Positions 13,958-26,575 of a stretch of 64,000 nt of DNA are shown here, one piece after another. The first letter of the stretch is position 1, and each line of letters begins with the position of its first letter. Under the pieces are notes generated by a model that did no database searches, was not told the DNA's origin, and worked only from the letters and a program-made list of their open reading frames with translations. The position numbers and the translations under genes were made by a program. Source of the DNA: Squalus acanthias (taxonomy: Eukaryota). Where the stretch lies: NCBI GenBank assembly GCA_030390025.1, contig CM059432.1, positions 133,302,001 to 133,366,000 on the forward strand, written 5' to 3'.

Positions 13958-14762
13958 TAGGTTTGGCAACTCTGGTTGGACATATTCCTGGAGGTTTCAG
14001 CATATGACCTCCAGCCTACAACTGCCCCGTCGCTATGCTCCTGCCACGGATCACCTGACATGTCCATCCTCGCAGTGCACCCCCTTCCCACGCCAACATT
14101 GTCAGCCGTGGCTCAGTGGGTAGCACTCTCGCCTCAGAGTCGGTAGGCTGTGGGTTCATAGTCCCACTCCGGGGACTTGAGCACATAATCTAGGCTGACA
14201 CTCCAGTGCAGTGCTGAGGGAGCGCTGCACTGTCGGAGGAGCTGTCTCTCGGACTGAGATGTTAAACCGAGATGTCTGCTCTCTCAGATGGACGTAAAAG
14301 ATCCCGCGGCACTATTTTGAAGAAGAGCAGGGGAGTTATCCCCGGTGTCCTGGCCAATATCACATTGCTGTTTGTGGAAGCTTGCTGTGCACAAATTGGC
14401 TGCCATGTTTCCTACATTACAACAGTGACTACACTTCAAAAAGTGCTTCATAGGCTGTAAAGCGCTTTGGGTCGTCCAGTGGTTGTGAAAGGCGCTATAC
14501 AAATGCAAGTCTTTCTTTCTTTCATTCAATTGGAAAGCAAGCAGACTCTTAATTACCCAACTGGACGGTGCTTGACTGTCAGTCAACCAGCCATTTTACC
14601 CATCTCTAATATTTTTATAAATAATAAACAAAAGAAAATTTTAAAAAATCACACACAATTGTGTTTTGATGTCCCTATGATTTTTCTCCCAGAGTTGCTC
14701 GCAGTAGTGTCCTGGAGATCAATTTTTAATTCTTGGACAACCCTCAAGGGTTGGCAACCCTA
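13958..14762. mobile_element. hAT-like MITE (TIR about TAGGGTTGCCAAC)
   Basis: TAGGTTTGGCAAC...GTTGGCAACCCTA with 8-bp flanks GATGAGTG / GCTGTGTG (6 of 8 identical). Confidence 0.65.
14100..14525 (+). mobile_element. Deu-domain tRNA SINE nested in the hAT-like MITE
   Basis: Full head, partially deleted core and tail GGCGCTATACAAATGCAAGTCTTTCTTTC. Confidence 0.85.
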
Positions 14763-17334
14763 GCTGTGTGGGGCAGACTTTACAGCGGCTGCCGGGGCCG
14801 CCTACTGAAAGCATGTTTTTTTTAATGCAAATCTTAACAAAAACCTTCCTGTGGATCCAGGAGGAGCAGGAGTGCTCCACCGATTCCACAGTCGTCACGA
14901 TCACCCCGCCTCCCCACCCACCCGTTGCCCGCTCTAACCTCCCCCCACTCTGTCTAGGATTTACCTTCAGACTGCTGTCGGCAAGGCAAGCGACCCGACA
15001 GTTGTGCTCTTCAAAAAAAAAAATGCACTGATAAAATGTTAATGAGGCCCGAGGCCCCATTTTGGGCCTCTCGGTCCAGGCCCGCACTGAGTCTGGGCCC
15101 ATAAACAGGCCCAGATGAATGTCTACCCCAAAGTTTGCCAAATGCTAATTTTTTTTCATGAAAAAGCCCGGGTAATTTTCACTTAAATCGTCTGGCCGGC
15201 AACTGACCTTCAGTGGAGAGTAAACTTGCCCGAACTGTGAAGCAGGTGGCGAGCCTGGTTAAGTTAAAACTATCCCTCATCTTGTTGACTCTTATTTCAG
15301 TCATTTGTGAGGCAACTGTGCAGCTTTAAACATTTCAGCTGCTGTCCAGTATTTTCTGCTTAGGTCTGCCAGAAATCTTATGTTCTAAGACCCGGTTCTC
15401 TGAAGATCCTTGCGGGCAACCTTCCTTTCTCTAGGCTTAGGCCAAAACCAGGCTACTGAAATGGCCTCCAGTCAAAGCAAGCCATACTAGATTGCCTTAC
15501 CTACTTTGTTATTGGCAGACGGGCCTGACCCGAAACTTAAATATGCCTTTATTTGAGCAAATCAAGCAATTACCATGCAAACACGATTTGGCAGGTGCCC
15601 TCTGGAAAGAATTATATTGCTGTATATGGACTACTATAGAAATTAAAATGATTGGGTATAAAGCAAATATTCATCTAACTGATGCTCATTTTATGGAAAC
15701 TGAATTTATCTGTCATTTTGTTTGCAGAACCAAACCTTTGATAATAACTTCCTGTTTTTCTAGTTGAAACATGACTAATGCAGCAAAACATAATAATGTA
15801 CTTCACAGAGACGTATCAGTTCCCCTCGGAGAATCCTTGGATTGCATTCTTCCTCTTAGATGTTTTAGTTATGTACTTTCTGTGGAAAATAAACATTGCA
15901 CTGTGATTTCAATCTGAGGAGATAATAGCACCAGTATGACCACTTCAACCTGATAGAAGTGCAAGTGTAGTCAATTTGCATTATCAGAGATGAGGCTTAA
16001 CCCTATGAAGGCTGCAGTAGCAAAATTCGTAACCAATACATTCGGATTAAAATAAAATCTTCCTACCCTTCTCCCCATGGAGGTCACTTTCTGACAAACA
16101 CATCCTCATCTAACGCGTGGGGTAGAACAGTGCAAATTACAGATGTCTCCATGACTACTGCCAATGGTGCTTCTTGATAGCTTAGTCAGGAGGATGATTT
16201 GAGTCACTGGGGCAGGTGGGGGCCAGTTGTTCTCCTTCCAGAGATGGGACCACTCACTACTGCTTCACATTCCATCTAGCAGACCGACAAAAGGTCATCA
16301 AAATCAAAGTAGGCAAGTTCAAATAAAAAAAGAAACCCTGGAACTCTCAATTTTGGTTGGAAATTTCACACTACTTGGCTTTTTCACACTACAGTTTATT
16401 TATTTCATTCTGGAAAAAGTATGAATTAGGAGATGTTGTACAGTTCTGTGCAATTCTCTAATCTTACTTCATAACATTTGGTATTCTTCAATCCTTAATC
16501 CATTCGTAATAAATCAGAAGGATTGTTTGACAAAGTCAGGAGAAATTCCCAATGGGCTGAGAGATGCCTCAAATATAAGCCCCCTCAAGCAAAAAGTGCT
16601 CTGTTTCCATGACGACTTGCAGACTTCATTTTTTTCAGCATTGCATTAGAATGCTCATGAAAAGTTTTCAAATTCTTCTTGAGCACCTAACTCCATTTTT
16701 GCCTTTATGCGTGGGGTATGAGCAATTAAGTACACTTTCATAATGTACACAGAGGAACATCCAAGTTGAAATTGCTTTCTCATCACTTCCCCCCTCCCCC
16801 CCACCCCCAAGTTAGAACTGTGAGATGTTTGGTAGAGGCAGTCTCAAGAAGGCAATTTTAAAATGGAAGTTCTCCATGTGGGGTTATATGGGGATCGAGC
16901 GGGGAAGTGGAGTTGAGGTAAAAGATCAGCCATGATCTTATTGAATGACGGAGCAGGCTCGAGGGGCCGTATGGCCTACTCATGCTATTATTTCTTATGT
17001 TCTTATGTACCATACACTTTCACAAAGTTCCGCCAGAAATTTACACCGAATTATTTTTTGGAAATTTCTGTGGCAAAAAAGTATTAATTGGAAAGAGACA
17101 AAAGAGGTTACCTCAGGTGCAAGATCTTTTGAAATCCCTGATCTGGAAATCTAGCCTTAATTGACTTTAAATTTGCCTGCTCTCATCAGATGACAGTCAC
17201 CAGTTCTCAGAAGCGATGGATCACTCCATTCTGGGAGAAAGGAATAACAGACAGGACCAATAAGACTTCATGGGCCATAATAGTGGGGATGGACAGCCCT
17301 GGCCATATCTAGTCTTCCCAACTGAGCGCTATTA

Positions 17335-19102
17335 CATAGAAACATAGAAGATAGGAGCAGGAGTAGGCCATTCGGCCCCTCGAGCCTGCTCCGCCATTCG
17401 ATGAGATCATGGCTTATCATCCAAACTCAGTACCCTGTCCCTGCCTTCTCCCCATATCCCTTGATACCTTTAACCTTAAGAAATATATCTAACTCCTTCT
17501 TGAATATATTTACTGACTTGGCCTCAACTACCTTCTGTGGTAGAGAATTCCACAGGTTCACCACTCTCTGGGTGAAGAAATTCCTCCTCATCTCTGTCCT
17601 AAATGGCTTACCCCTTATCTTTAGACTGTGACCTCTTGTTCTGGACTCCCCCGCCATCGGGAACATCCTTCCTGCATCCAGTCTGTCTAGCCCTGTTAGA
17701 ATTTTATAAGTATCAATGAGATCTCCTCTCATTCTTCTAAACTCCAGTGAGTATAAGTCCAATCGACCCAATCTCTCCTCGTACGTCATTCCTGCCATCC
17801 CAGGTATCAGTCTGGTGAATCTTCGCTGCACACCCTCCATGGCAAGAACATCCCTCCTCAGATAAGGCGACCAAAACTGAACACAATACTCAAGGTGTGG
17901 TCTCACCAAGGCCCTGTACAGCTGCAGCAAGACATCCTTGTTCCTGTACTCAAACCCTCTCGCTACGAAGGCCAACATACCATTTGCCTTCTTAACCGCC
18001 TGCTGTACCTGCATGCTTACCTTCAGCGACTGGTGCACAAGGACACCCAGGTCTCATTGCACTTCCCCTTCTCCCAATCTATTGCCGTTCAGATAATAAT
18101 CTGCCTTTCTGTTTTTGCCACCAAAGTGGATAACCTCGCATTTATCCACATTATACTGCATCTGCCATGCTTCTACCCAATCACCCAACCTGTCCAAATC
18201 ATACTGGAGTTTCTCAGCATCCTCCTCGCAGCACACACGCCCACCCAGCTTTGTGTCATCTGCAAACTTGGAGATATTACATCTCATTCCCTCGTCTAGA
18301 TCATTAATATATATAGTGAATAGCTGGGGTCCTAGGACCGATCCCTGCGGAACCCCACTGGTCACTGCCTGCCACTCGGAAAAAGACCCGTTTATTCCAA
18401 CTCTTTGCTTCCTGTCTGCCAACCAGTTCTCTATCCAAGTCAGTACCTTGCCCCCAATCCCATGTGCCTTAATTTTACATGCTAATCTCTTATGCGGGAC
18501 CTTATCGAAAGCCTTCTGAAAGTCCAAATACACCACATCCACTGGTTCTCCCTTATCTATTCTATCAGTTACATCCTCAAAAAATTCCAGTAGATTAGTC
18601 AAGCATGATTTACCTTTTGTAAATCCATGTTGACTTTGTCCGATCCTGTCACTGTTTTCCAAGTGCTCTGCTATTACATCTTTTATAATGGACTCTATCA
18701 TTTTCCCCACAACCGATGTCAGGCTTACCGGTCTGTAATTCCCCGTTTTTTCTCTACCACCTTTTTTGAACAGTGGGGTAACATTAGCTACCCTCCAATC
18801 CATGGGAACTGTTCCAGAGTCTATAGAATTTTGGAAGATGACCAGCAATGCATCTACTATTTCTAGGGCCACTTCCTTAAGTAGCCTAGGATGTAGATTA
18901 TCAGGCCTTAGAGATTTATCGGCCTTCAATCCCGTCAATTTCCCTAACACCATTTCCCTACAAATACTGATTTCATTCAGTTCTTCCCTCTCATTAGACC
19001 CTATGTTCCCCGACATCTCTGGGAGGTTATTTGTGTTCTCCTTTGTGAAGACAGAGCCAAAGTATGTATTTAATTGGTCTGCCATTTCTTTGTTCCCCAT
19101 TA
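17335..19102 (-). mobile_element. 5'-truncated CR1-clade LINE (HER1-like), ORF2 reverse transcriptase portion
   Basis: ORFs 18054-19166 and 17427-18038 encode NYRPVSLTS, YLDFQKAFD, GVPQGSVLGP, SKFADDTKLG, LVRPHLEYC and FFTQRVVNLWN, separated by one in-frame stop at 18054-18056; ACATAGAA tail. Confidence 0.97.
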
Positions 19103-19729
19103 TATTGGGTAATATCAGCCTGAAAAGGAGGAAATGAAAGCAAAAGCCTATCAATCCTGAATGCATCTAGGTTTTCATTACATTGAAATAGTACCTAAAC
19201 TGGATTTCATGGTAAATGAAATGTTGTTCTGTTAGTGATGTAACTTGATCTTTCCTTCAACCAAACTGGGGCAATCAATGCAGAAAAACCCCAACCTTTT
19301 TATTTAACGGAGATTTTTTAGGAAACTACTCAACATAAGGCATCTCTGTATGATTTGCCTAACTCAATGATTATGATTAATCTCTAGGATTATCCAATGG
19401 GTAAAGGATGAAGGGTGGTGGATTATTGTAACATAAACACCTGAGGAAGTAATCTTGAAACCCAATAGTCTGAAGAATGAGTGGACCATTTGCTGCCCAA
19501 TCTCACAAGCTATTGTATATTCCAATGATCTCATCATATTCCAGTCAGTGTCAAATTTGCATATAGACACAAACTGAGATCACAATTCTTTTCTTAACAA
19601 TACCCCATTATTGATGCACCCATATCAGACTTTTGCCCCATTTGTTGTCCTCTACCCTGCAAGCAGAGATGCCATCTGAGTGTATCCACTTCATCCCTTG
19701 CACCTGAGTGGCATTTTCCTTCTCAATCA

Positions 19730-20285
19730 TGTTGAACATCCTGGAGAGTTGTATGTTGGATATCTTGAAGAATTAAGGGTTAATAATCACTCTTCTTTGT
19801 ATCTTAGAGCAACGGGCTTTGCAATATAAACAGGATGGCTTTGAATTGTAGTGGGAGGAAAGCCTGGCTTGTCTAATGCTTTTAGTGTCCGAGTATTATA
19901 TCTGAGAAATGCTTGTGCAAGGGAATAAGTGACAGTAATGACGTCAGACATGAGTGATTAAGGTGTAACTTTAGTGGCTAGTGTAATAAACATAGGTAGA
20001 GGGATCCAATTACTATAGTATAGAAATGTAACAGTTAATAAAGCCTGTTCTTCAAAGAGGTTAAGGATAGTTACGTCGGGAAGTCTTATCTAAGGGAAGT
20101 AGCTTTGGAATAAGCAACTACAACCATTTACATCAATAGACTGTCTTCAAAGGATTTGGGAATAGTTACGTCATGAGGTCTTATCTGTGATATGTACCTT
20201 TGATGTAGGCAAGGTATGGTGTATAAAGGAGCATGGTTTTCAATAGTTCTGCACAAAGCTCTGAAAATACAGAAACCAAAAAGCT

Positions 20286-20320
<35 letters not shown>

Positions 20321-20445
20321 AGTTGGGCAGATCACTCAAACTAGGCATCAATAAAGTCTGTTCTGTATACTCCACCGTCAAGTGTCTCATACTTACTCAA
20401 ATGTGTTGTTGTGAACCAGAGGAGGAAGGAGATTGAATGTTAACA
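19730..20445 (+). mobile_element. Solo LTR (716 bp) with 5-bp TSD
   Basis: AATCA|TGTTGA...TTAACA|AATCA; TATA-like GTATAAAG at 20221, AATAAA near 20350, duplicated ~52-bp U3 block, (CT)n tract. Confidence 0.85.
20286..20316. repeat. (CT)n microsatellite inside the solo LTR
   Basis: Direct reading. Confidence 0.95.
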
Positions 20446-20502
20446 AATCACAGAGCTCAACTCCATATCACTCCATATTGAGTAGCAGATGTCGAGTCTT
20501 GC

Positions 20503-21580
20503 TTTCAGCATGGCTCAGTTGGTAGTATTATAGCCTTTCAGTCAGAGGGTTTGGGACTTAGACCTCACCACAGGACTTGAGCACATAATCTAGACTAACA
20601 TTTCAGTGCAGTACTGAGGCAGTGCTACATTGCCAGAGGTACTGGGGTAGAAATTAGTGTAAGTCCATCTTCAGGTCCAGAAACGCGCACGCCCTAATGA
20701 AGAAACACTAGAAATTGGTTCTTGGACCTCATCTACATATTCGCAGCGAGCTATCAGCACTGGTCAGGCCTCCGCAAGCATCTCACCCCACAAGGAAAAT
20801 CAATTCTGGGCCGTCTGCCTCACGAGCAGTGACCCTCGGGTAAGTTCCGGGAGGAGGGTTGGAGCGGGCAAAGGGGTTGGGGGTGGGGGGATGGTGGAGG
20901 CAGGGCTGACCAATAGGACTGTGGGGTCAGGGGGGGCACTCCTGCTCTTTCAGACGCCACAGAAAGGGGCCACTGAAGAATCCTGAACGGGGCAGGCCCA
21001 ATGCCTGTGCTGCTCAACGGTAACTCATTTTGTAAAAGGGGTCCTTCAACAGACGTGAGGCCCCTCATTAACATATTCAAGGGACAGAACACCTGTTGTA
21101 GGCGGCTGCCCGGGAAGCCGAAAAAAAATGGACCCCACAAATTTGACAGTGGGAGCAATGCCTGCGTAGTTTGGGCGCAGGCCGTCCCATTTGGTACGCT
21201 TTGCGCCACCATTTTACACCCGCAAATCGGGCGCAACGTATAACAATTTCTACCACGCTGTCTTTTAGATGAGATGTTAAATCATGGCCACATCTGCCTG
21301 TTCAGGTCGATGTAAAAGTTCTCATGGCACTATTTAAAAAAGAGCAGAGAGTTCCCCCAGTGTCCTGTCCAATATTCCTTCCCCAGCCAACACCACCAAA
21401 ATTAAATTAACTTGTCAGTCATTCTTAGGTACTTTTCGTAGGACTTTGTTATGTGCAAATAGGCTGTCATGTTTGCCTACATAATAGTAACTGTACTTCA
21501 AAATTAATTCATTGGGTGTTAAGCTGCTTTGGGACATCCTGAGGACATGATAAGGCTTTATATAAATGCAAGATTTTTTA
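20503..21580 (+). mobile_element. Deu SINE split by a MITE
   Basis: SINE head 20503-20643 resumes at 21257 (GCTGTCTTTTAGATGAGATGTTAAA). Confidence 0.8.
20644..21256. mobile_element. Harbinger-type MITE
   Basis: ACT|GGGGTAGAAATT...AATTTCTACCAC|GCT. Confidence 0.8.
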
Positions 21581-21924
21581 CCACAATTTACTATGTCGTA
21601 GGCTCCAGAAAAAGCATATATTTGTGTCTCTTTATTTGAAATCATGTTATGATACTATTGTGGGGAGAAGGAGACTGATACATTGGGCCTCCTGGCATCA
21701 GGCAATTATCAGTTCAACTTTGGACCTACTGCTCAACCATCATTTTCTGCTTTTCCAAGATTTGGCCGAAAGTTTAGGTAAATCCTAAGCAGTTTCTTAG
21801 ATTATGGATAGCTAAAGACTGGCCTGCTCTGTGAGCACACAGAAATCTCACAGCCTAGGTCTTTTACTCCCTTACCCCTACCAGGTAATGTGCAGATGTT
21901 GAGGCTCGGGATTAGGATGTGGTG

Positions 21925-22905
21925 GCTAGCTGATTGCAAAGTTGTAAAGCGCCAACATGCGACCATAATTCGCGGGTTAATGGCTGGGCGTATGCTGCCG
22001 GGCACCCTTGTACCTGTCCAGACACTGCAACCTTCCTTTGAGCATCTCACTGGCTCAATTCTTATCCGTGTCTTCATGTGTGCTTGATTGTAGCACTCCT
22101 CTGCAGCACTGGTGGTTATGCAAAGAGGTGCCATGAGCCATGGGGGCAACAGGAAACGCTTGTCACCCAGCAGCAGCCATCCTGCCCCTTGCCCCCCACC
22201 CACTGTTAAAATAGAGCTGAGACACGGGACTGATGAGGGATAAAAGCATCGTGACAGCTCCCAGCATGTCAGGAATTCACATCTAAGGAGCTGTGCCTGT
22301 TATCGCAGATGAGCTACATGTTTAGGGAATGCAAGCCTTTGCAGTTCATTTAAATATTGGGGTTTACATCTGGGGCACACAATGCCACATGGGTTCAAGC
22401 AACAGCCCCCACAACCTTGGGGAATCTGGCAATTCTGAAACCTTTGATAGTCCTCTCAATCCATCTGTGTGGGAACACTGTCAAATTGTATGAACTGAGA
22501 ACTCCTGACAAAGAGGGCATTGATGACGTGCCTTCTGGAGGCATGCACAGCAAATTGGCTGATCTGGCATATACTTCCATGGCACAATAGTTGAGAGCTG
22601 CAGTCAGTTTCTCTGCCACAAGTCAGAGCTGCGCGTGCTGTGGGCCTTGTTTGCAGATCCACCTGCAGCAATGGCCAAAGCTTCGTGACTGAAGCACAGC
22701 CTCCCGAGACAGAGCTACTGGGAAGGGTCTCAGAAAGTGCATTTGGGTCTATAAATCCTGCTGGAGATGTAGCGCTAGGATGGTCTGGATCACCTCTGGT
22801 GCTGCCTGATTAATCTAGCTTCCCTTACAGCCTCCCATTGCTCCTCTTGCTCCTCTCCTCTAGCATATAGATCATGTAAAGTGGGATTCCCAGAGGGAAG
22901 ACCAT
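21925..22905 (-). pseudogene. Highly decayed Harbinger (HARBI1-like) transposase fossil
   Basis: Motifs recovered across frames: RIYRPK..CLGRLCF, LQVDLQ..VAEKLTAALN, RIARFPKVVGAV..THVAL, NCKGLHSLN, GSCHDAFI, GWLLLGDKRF..PWLMAPL, YNQAHMKTRIRIE, LKGRLQCLDR. Confidence 0.8.
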
Positions 22906-25414
22906 TGTGTAACCCTTAGATACTGGCTCAGTAATTCTCTTGAAATACAATGCTTTCCCAGGGTAATTCAGAATGTAGGGGAAGGTTTCCTGAATATCAC
23001 AGTGAAAGAAATGTTCCAATACCTGCAATGAGTCCCAAGATCTGGCCAAATGTTTCCATAAGCAATCACAATCGAACATAGTCCCTTTAAGCGATACTCT
23101 CCCATTGATGAATGAGTTCTGGAAAACCGTTCAACAGTAGCGCACATTTTCAACGGCGGAAGCTCTGGAATGTAGGACAAGTGGCGTCATCTCATTCTAA
23201 CTCCCATTATTTTCATGTGACTGCCACTGAGAGGGGTGGACACATCAATACACACTGAAACCGAACAGAATTTATACCGGGGCACATCTAAAGCAGAATC
23301 CCAATGTACATTGGCCCCATTAGAAATTACTGGCCGTGCAAAGGCATAATTGCTGACTTATGTCCTTCCCCCAACCCAGGAATTTTGGGGCCAGGACGGG
23401 AGCTGACAGGATCAGGTGCAACGCTGGCTTTATACCCCGCATGATTTTACTCTCCATTGACTTCAATGGGGTGTAAATCCAGTGTTGAACTCGATCACGT
23501 CAGAATTGCGATGGACGAGATAGGTTAAAATTGCCCCCGATGTTTTTGACTGGTCTCCCAGCTTGTAAAATTGGTCTCAGGAATGGGAGGTCGAATCCTG
23601 GAATTATCCTAGACTCCTACATCACACAGATCAATAAAGTCAAAGATAAGCATTAAAGCAACAGCAACATACTTTTATATCGCGCTCCTCGCACAGAAGA
23701 ACATCTCCGAGCACTTTAGGAGCGGTGGACACCAGGCAGGAAATGGAGAAATTCTGGGAGGAAGACTGAATAGATAAATCTTTAAATCTAAATGGGAGGT
23801 GGGCCAGAAGAAAGCAAGTTGGCCAGGCCACTGTTGAAAGAGTTAGAGGGTAAATCTTTCCGAAGGCAGAAGGAAGGTCTCAAAAGGAAGCGATATTCTT
23901 TTCAGAAATGTGCCTCATGCTTGCTCCCCCAGCTAATGAACCATTCTCTTGACATTACTCTACTCTGTAACTGCTATTATGTAGGGCAGCTGGGACATGC
24001 TTGTACAAACTGGCTAAGTATACATTGACCTGCAATGTTTTTCTTTTTCCTTCCATCTTCCTTGTATTTTTTTTTATTCAATTCGGTCCTTCCCAACTGC
24101 AGGCTTCAAAAGTGTGCCATTTTATCCATTGTTAGGATTTCGACTCAGCCCTGGCTGTTAGTTCAGTTCAGTTTCTTCTTCTCAATGGTCATGGTTGAAG
24201 TCAATTTTTGGACATGCTTGGATCCACTTGAAGATTTTGTCTTCTACAGTTCATCGTATGGAATGTATCCTGTAATTCTGTATTGCTTTTTAATAACCAG
24301 TGGCGGGGTGGGGGAGGGTGGATTATGATCATATTCATGACTAGACCAGTGATTTGCTGAGGCAAGTGACATGTTATCACTCTGACCAGCTAAGAATTCT
24401 AAGACCAGAAACATTCTCACGGCCTCCGGGACTTTTATTGTAAAATTGTGGTGCTCTGACAGCAAATTATGCTACATGGGGTAAGTGTAGAAATTTGTGA
24501 GATGTTCACACCCATCTTCATGACCCTAAAGTGGCTCAACATACGTGAGGCCATAGACTTAACTATCGGGTGAAAACGGGCGCCTCTTGCCCACATATAT
24601 GACACAAATATTATGAGATGGTATTTTCTAATGTCGCAGAAGGGAGAAAAAAGCACAAAGGTTTACTATAAGTTATAAAGCAACAAAAATATCAGAGAAT
24701 TACCTCAGTATGATGAAAAGATTTAACTGAGTAAGATTAAACAGGTTGGGCCAAAAGTTGCGGTCAGCGGTGTACCTCCGGAGCACGCTGCCGACCTGTG
24801 GAAAGAATACGCACCTACCTGATGGTGGTCCTCCTGCGTAAACCTGCGCTCTGACGCTGCGAGTAGGAGGGCAGCGTAACGGCCCACGGATCCCAGGGAT
24901 GCAGCCTGTGTGGAAGCGCACCTGGGATTGCGTGGGCCTGGTCCTTCAATCAGAAAACAGAATTAGATTTTATATCATTTCAGAAGGGAATCCCGTAATC
25001 AGATTTCAGTACAATTTACAGGATTGGAATTTAATTCCTAATTATCTTCATTCCACCAACTTCACTACATCTTAGTTCTGTTAGTAAAAATTTAATTTTG
25101 CTGATAATAAATATCGACATCATTAAAACTCCAATCTTTGCTGAAACAAGAAAAACTCATTTGATACAATTAAACTATCTGATTTCCGAGATGAAAATGG
25201 TTAAAACATGCCTGAGGTATCCCCTTACACTGATGCAAACAGGCCCTGTGCCTGTTTGCATCAAACGTAAAATTTCCGTACGCAATTGCTAGGCAGTTGA
25301 TGGACAAATAGCCCAACTCTGCGCCAGCAATTGGTTTTTCTTTGGCCGTGCGGATGGCCCATCAACGCATATGTTGACAGACTGCAAGTTCAGGATTTAG
25401 CGCATGCGCAAACG

Positions 25415-26575
25415 CATAAGAACATAAGAAATAGGAGCAGGAGCAGGCCATTCGGCCCCTCGAGCCTGCTCCGCTATTTAATGAGATCATGGCTGATCCA
25501 ATTTTGGCCTCAACTCCACTTTCCAGCTTGTTCCCCAAAACCCTTGACTCCCCTGTTGCTCAAAAATCTGTCTATCTCAGCCTTGAATATATTCAATGAC
25601 TCAGCTTCCACAGCTCTCTGAGGTAAAGAATTCCAAAGATTCACGACCCTCTGAGAGAAGAAATTCCTCCTCATTAAATGGGCGACCCCTTATTCTGAGA
25701 CTATGCCCTCTCGTTCTAGATTCCCCCATGAGGGGAAACATCCTCTCAGCATCTACCCTGTCCAACCCCCTCAGAATCTTATATGTTTCAATAGGATCAC
25801 CTCTCATTCTTCTAAACTTCAATGAGTATAGGCCCAACCTGCTCAACCTTTCCTCATAAGACAACCCTTCCATCCCAGGAATCAACCTAGTGAACCTTCT
25901 CTGAACTGCCTCCAATGCAAGTATATTGCTCCTTAAATAAGGGGACCAAAACTGTACACAGTACTCTAGGTGTGGTCTCACCAGCACCCTGTACAGTTGT
26001 AGCAAGACTTCCCTATTTTGTACTCTATCCCCCTTGAAATAAAGGCCAACATTCCATTTGCCTTCCTAATTACTTGCTGCACCTCACAGAATCAGAGAAT
26101 CCCCACAGTGCAGATAGAGGCCCATCGAGCCTGCACCGACACATATCCCACCCTATCCCCGTAACCCCACGTATTTAATCCCCCCTAACACTTAAGGGTC
26201 AATTTATCATAGCCAAATCAACCTAACCCGCACATCTTTGGACTGTGGGAGGAAACCGGAGCACCCGGAGGAAACCCACGCAGACATGGGGAGAATGTGC
26301 AAACTCCACACAGACAGTCACCCGAGGCCGGATTCGAACCCGGGTCCCTGGCGCTGTGAGGCAACAGTGCTAACCACTATGCCACCGTGTTGCCTGTTAA
26401 CTTTTTGTGTTTCATGTATGAGGACACCCAAATCCCTCTGTACCGCCGCATTCTGTAGTCTTTCTCTTTTCTATTCTTCCTACCAAAGTGCATAACTTCA
26501 CATTTTCCCACATTATACTCCATCTGCCAAATTCTTGCCCACTCACTTAACCTATTTATATCCCTTTGCAGACAC
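25415..26575 (-). mobile_element. 5'-truncated CR1 LINE
   Basis: ORFs LVRPHLEYCVQFWSP...RRMRGDPIETYKIL and WQMEYNVGKCEVMHFG; CATAAGAA tail. Confidence 0.93.
26085..26394 (-). mobile_element. V-SINE (HE1-like)
   Basis: tRNA head GGCAACACGGTGGCATAGTGG, B-box GGTTCGAATCC, V-domain (reverse of GGAGGAAACCGGAGCACCCGGAGGAAACCCACGCAGAC). Confidence 0.9.

Larger units (their letters stand above)
13741..15129. mobile_element. Harbinger-type MITE (AAA TSD) hosting a hAT-like MITE and a SINE
   Basis: AAA|GAGGTAGAAATT...AATGTCTACCCC|AAA. Confidence 0.7.
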
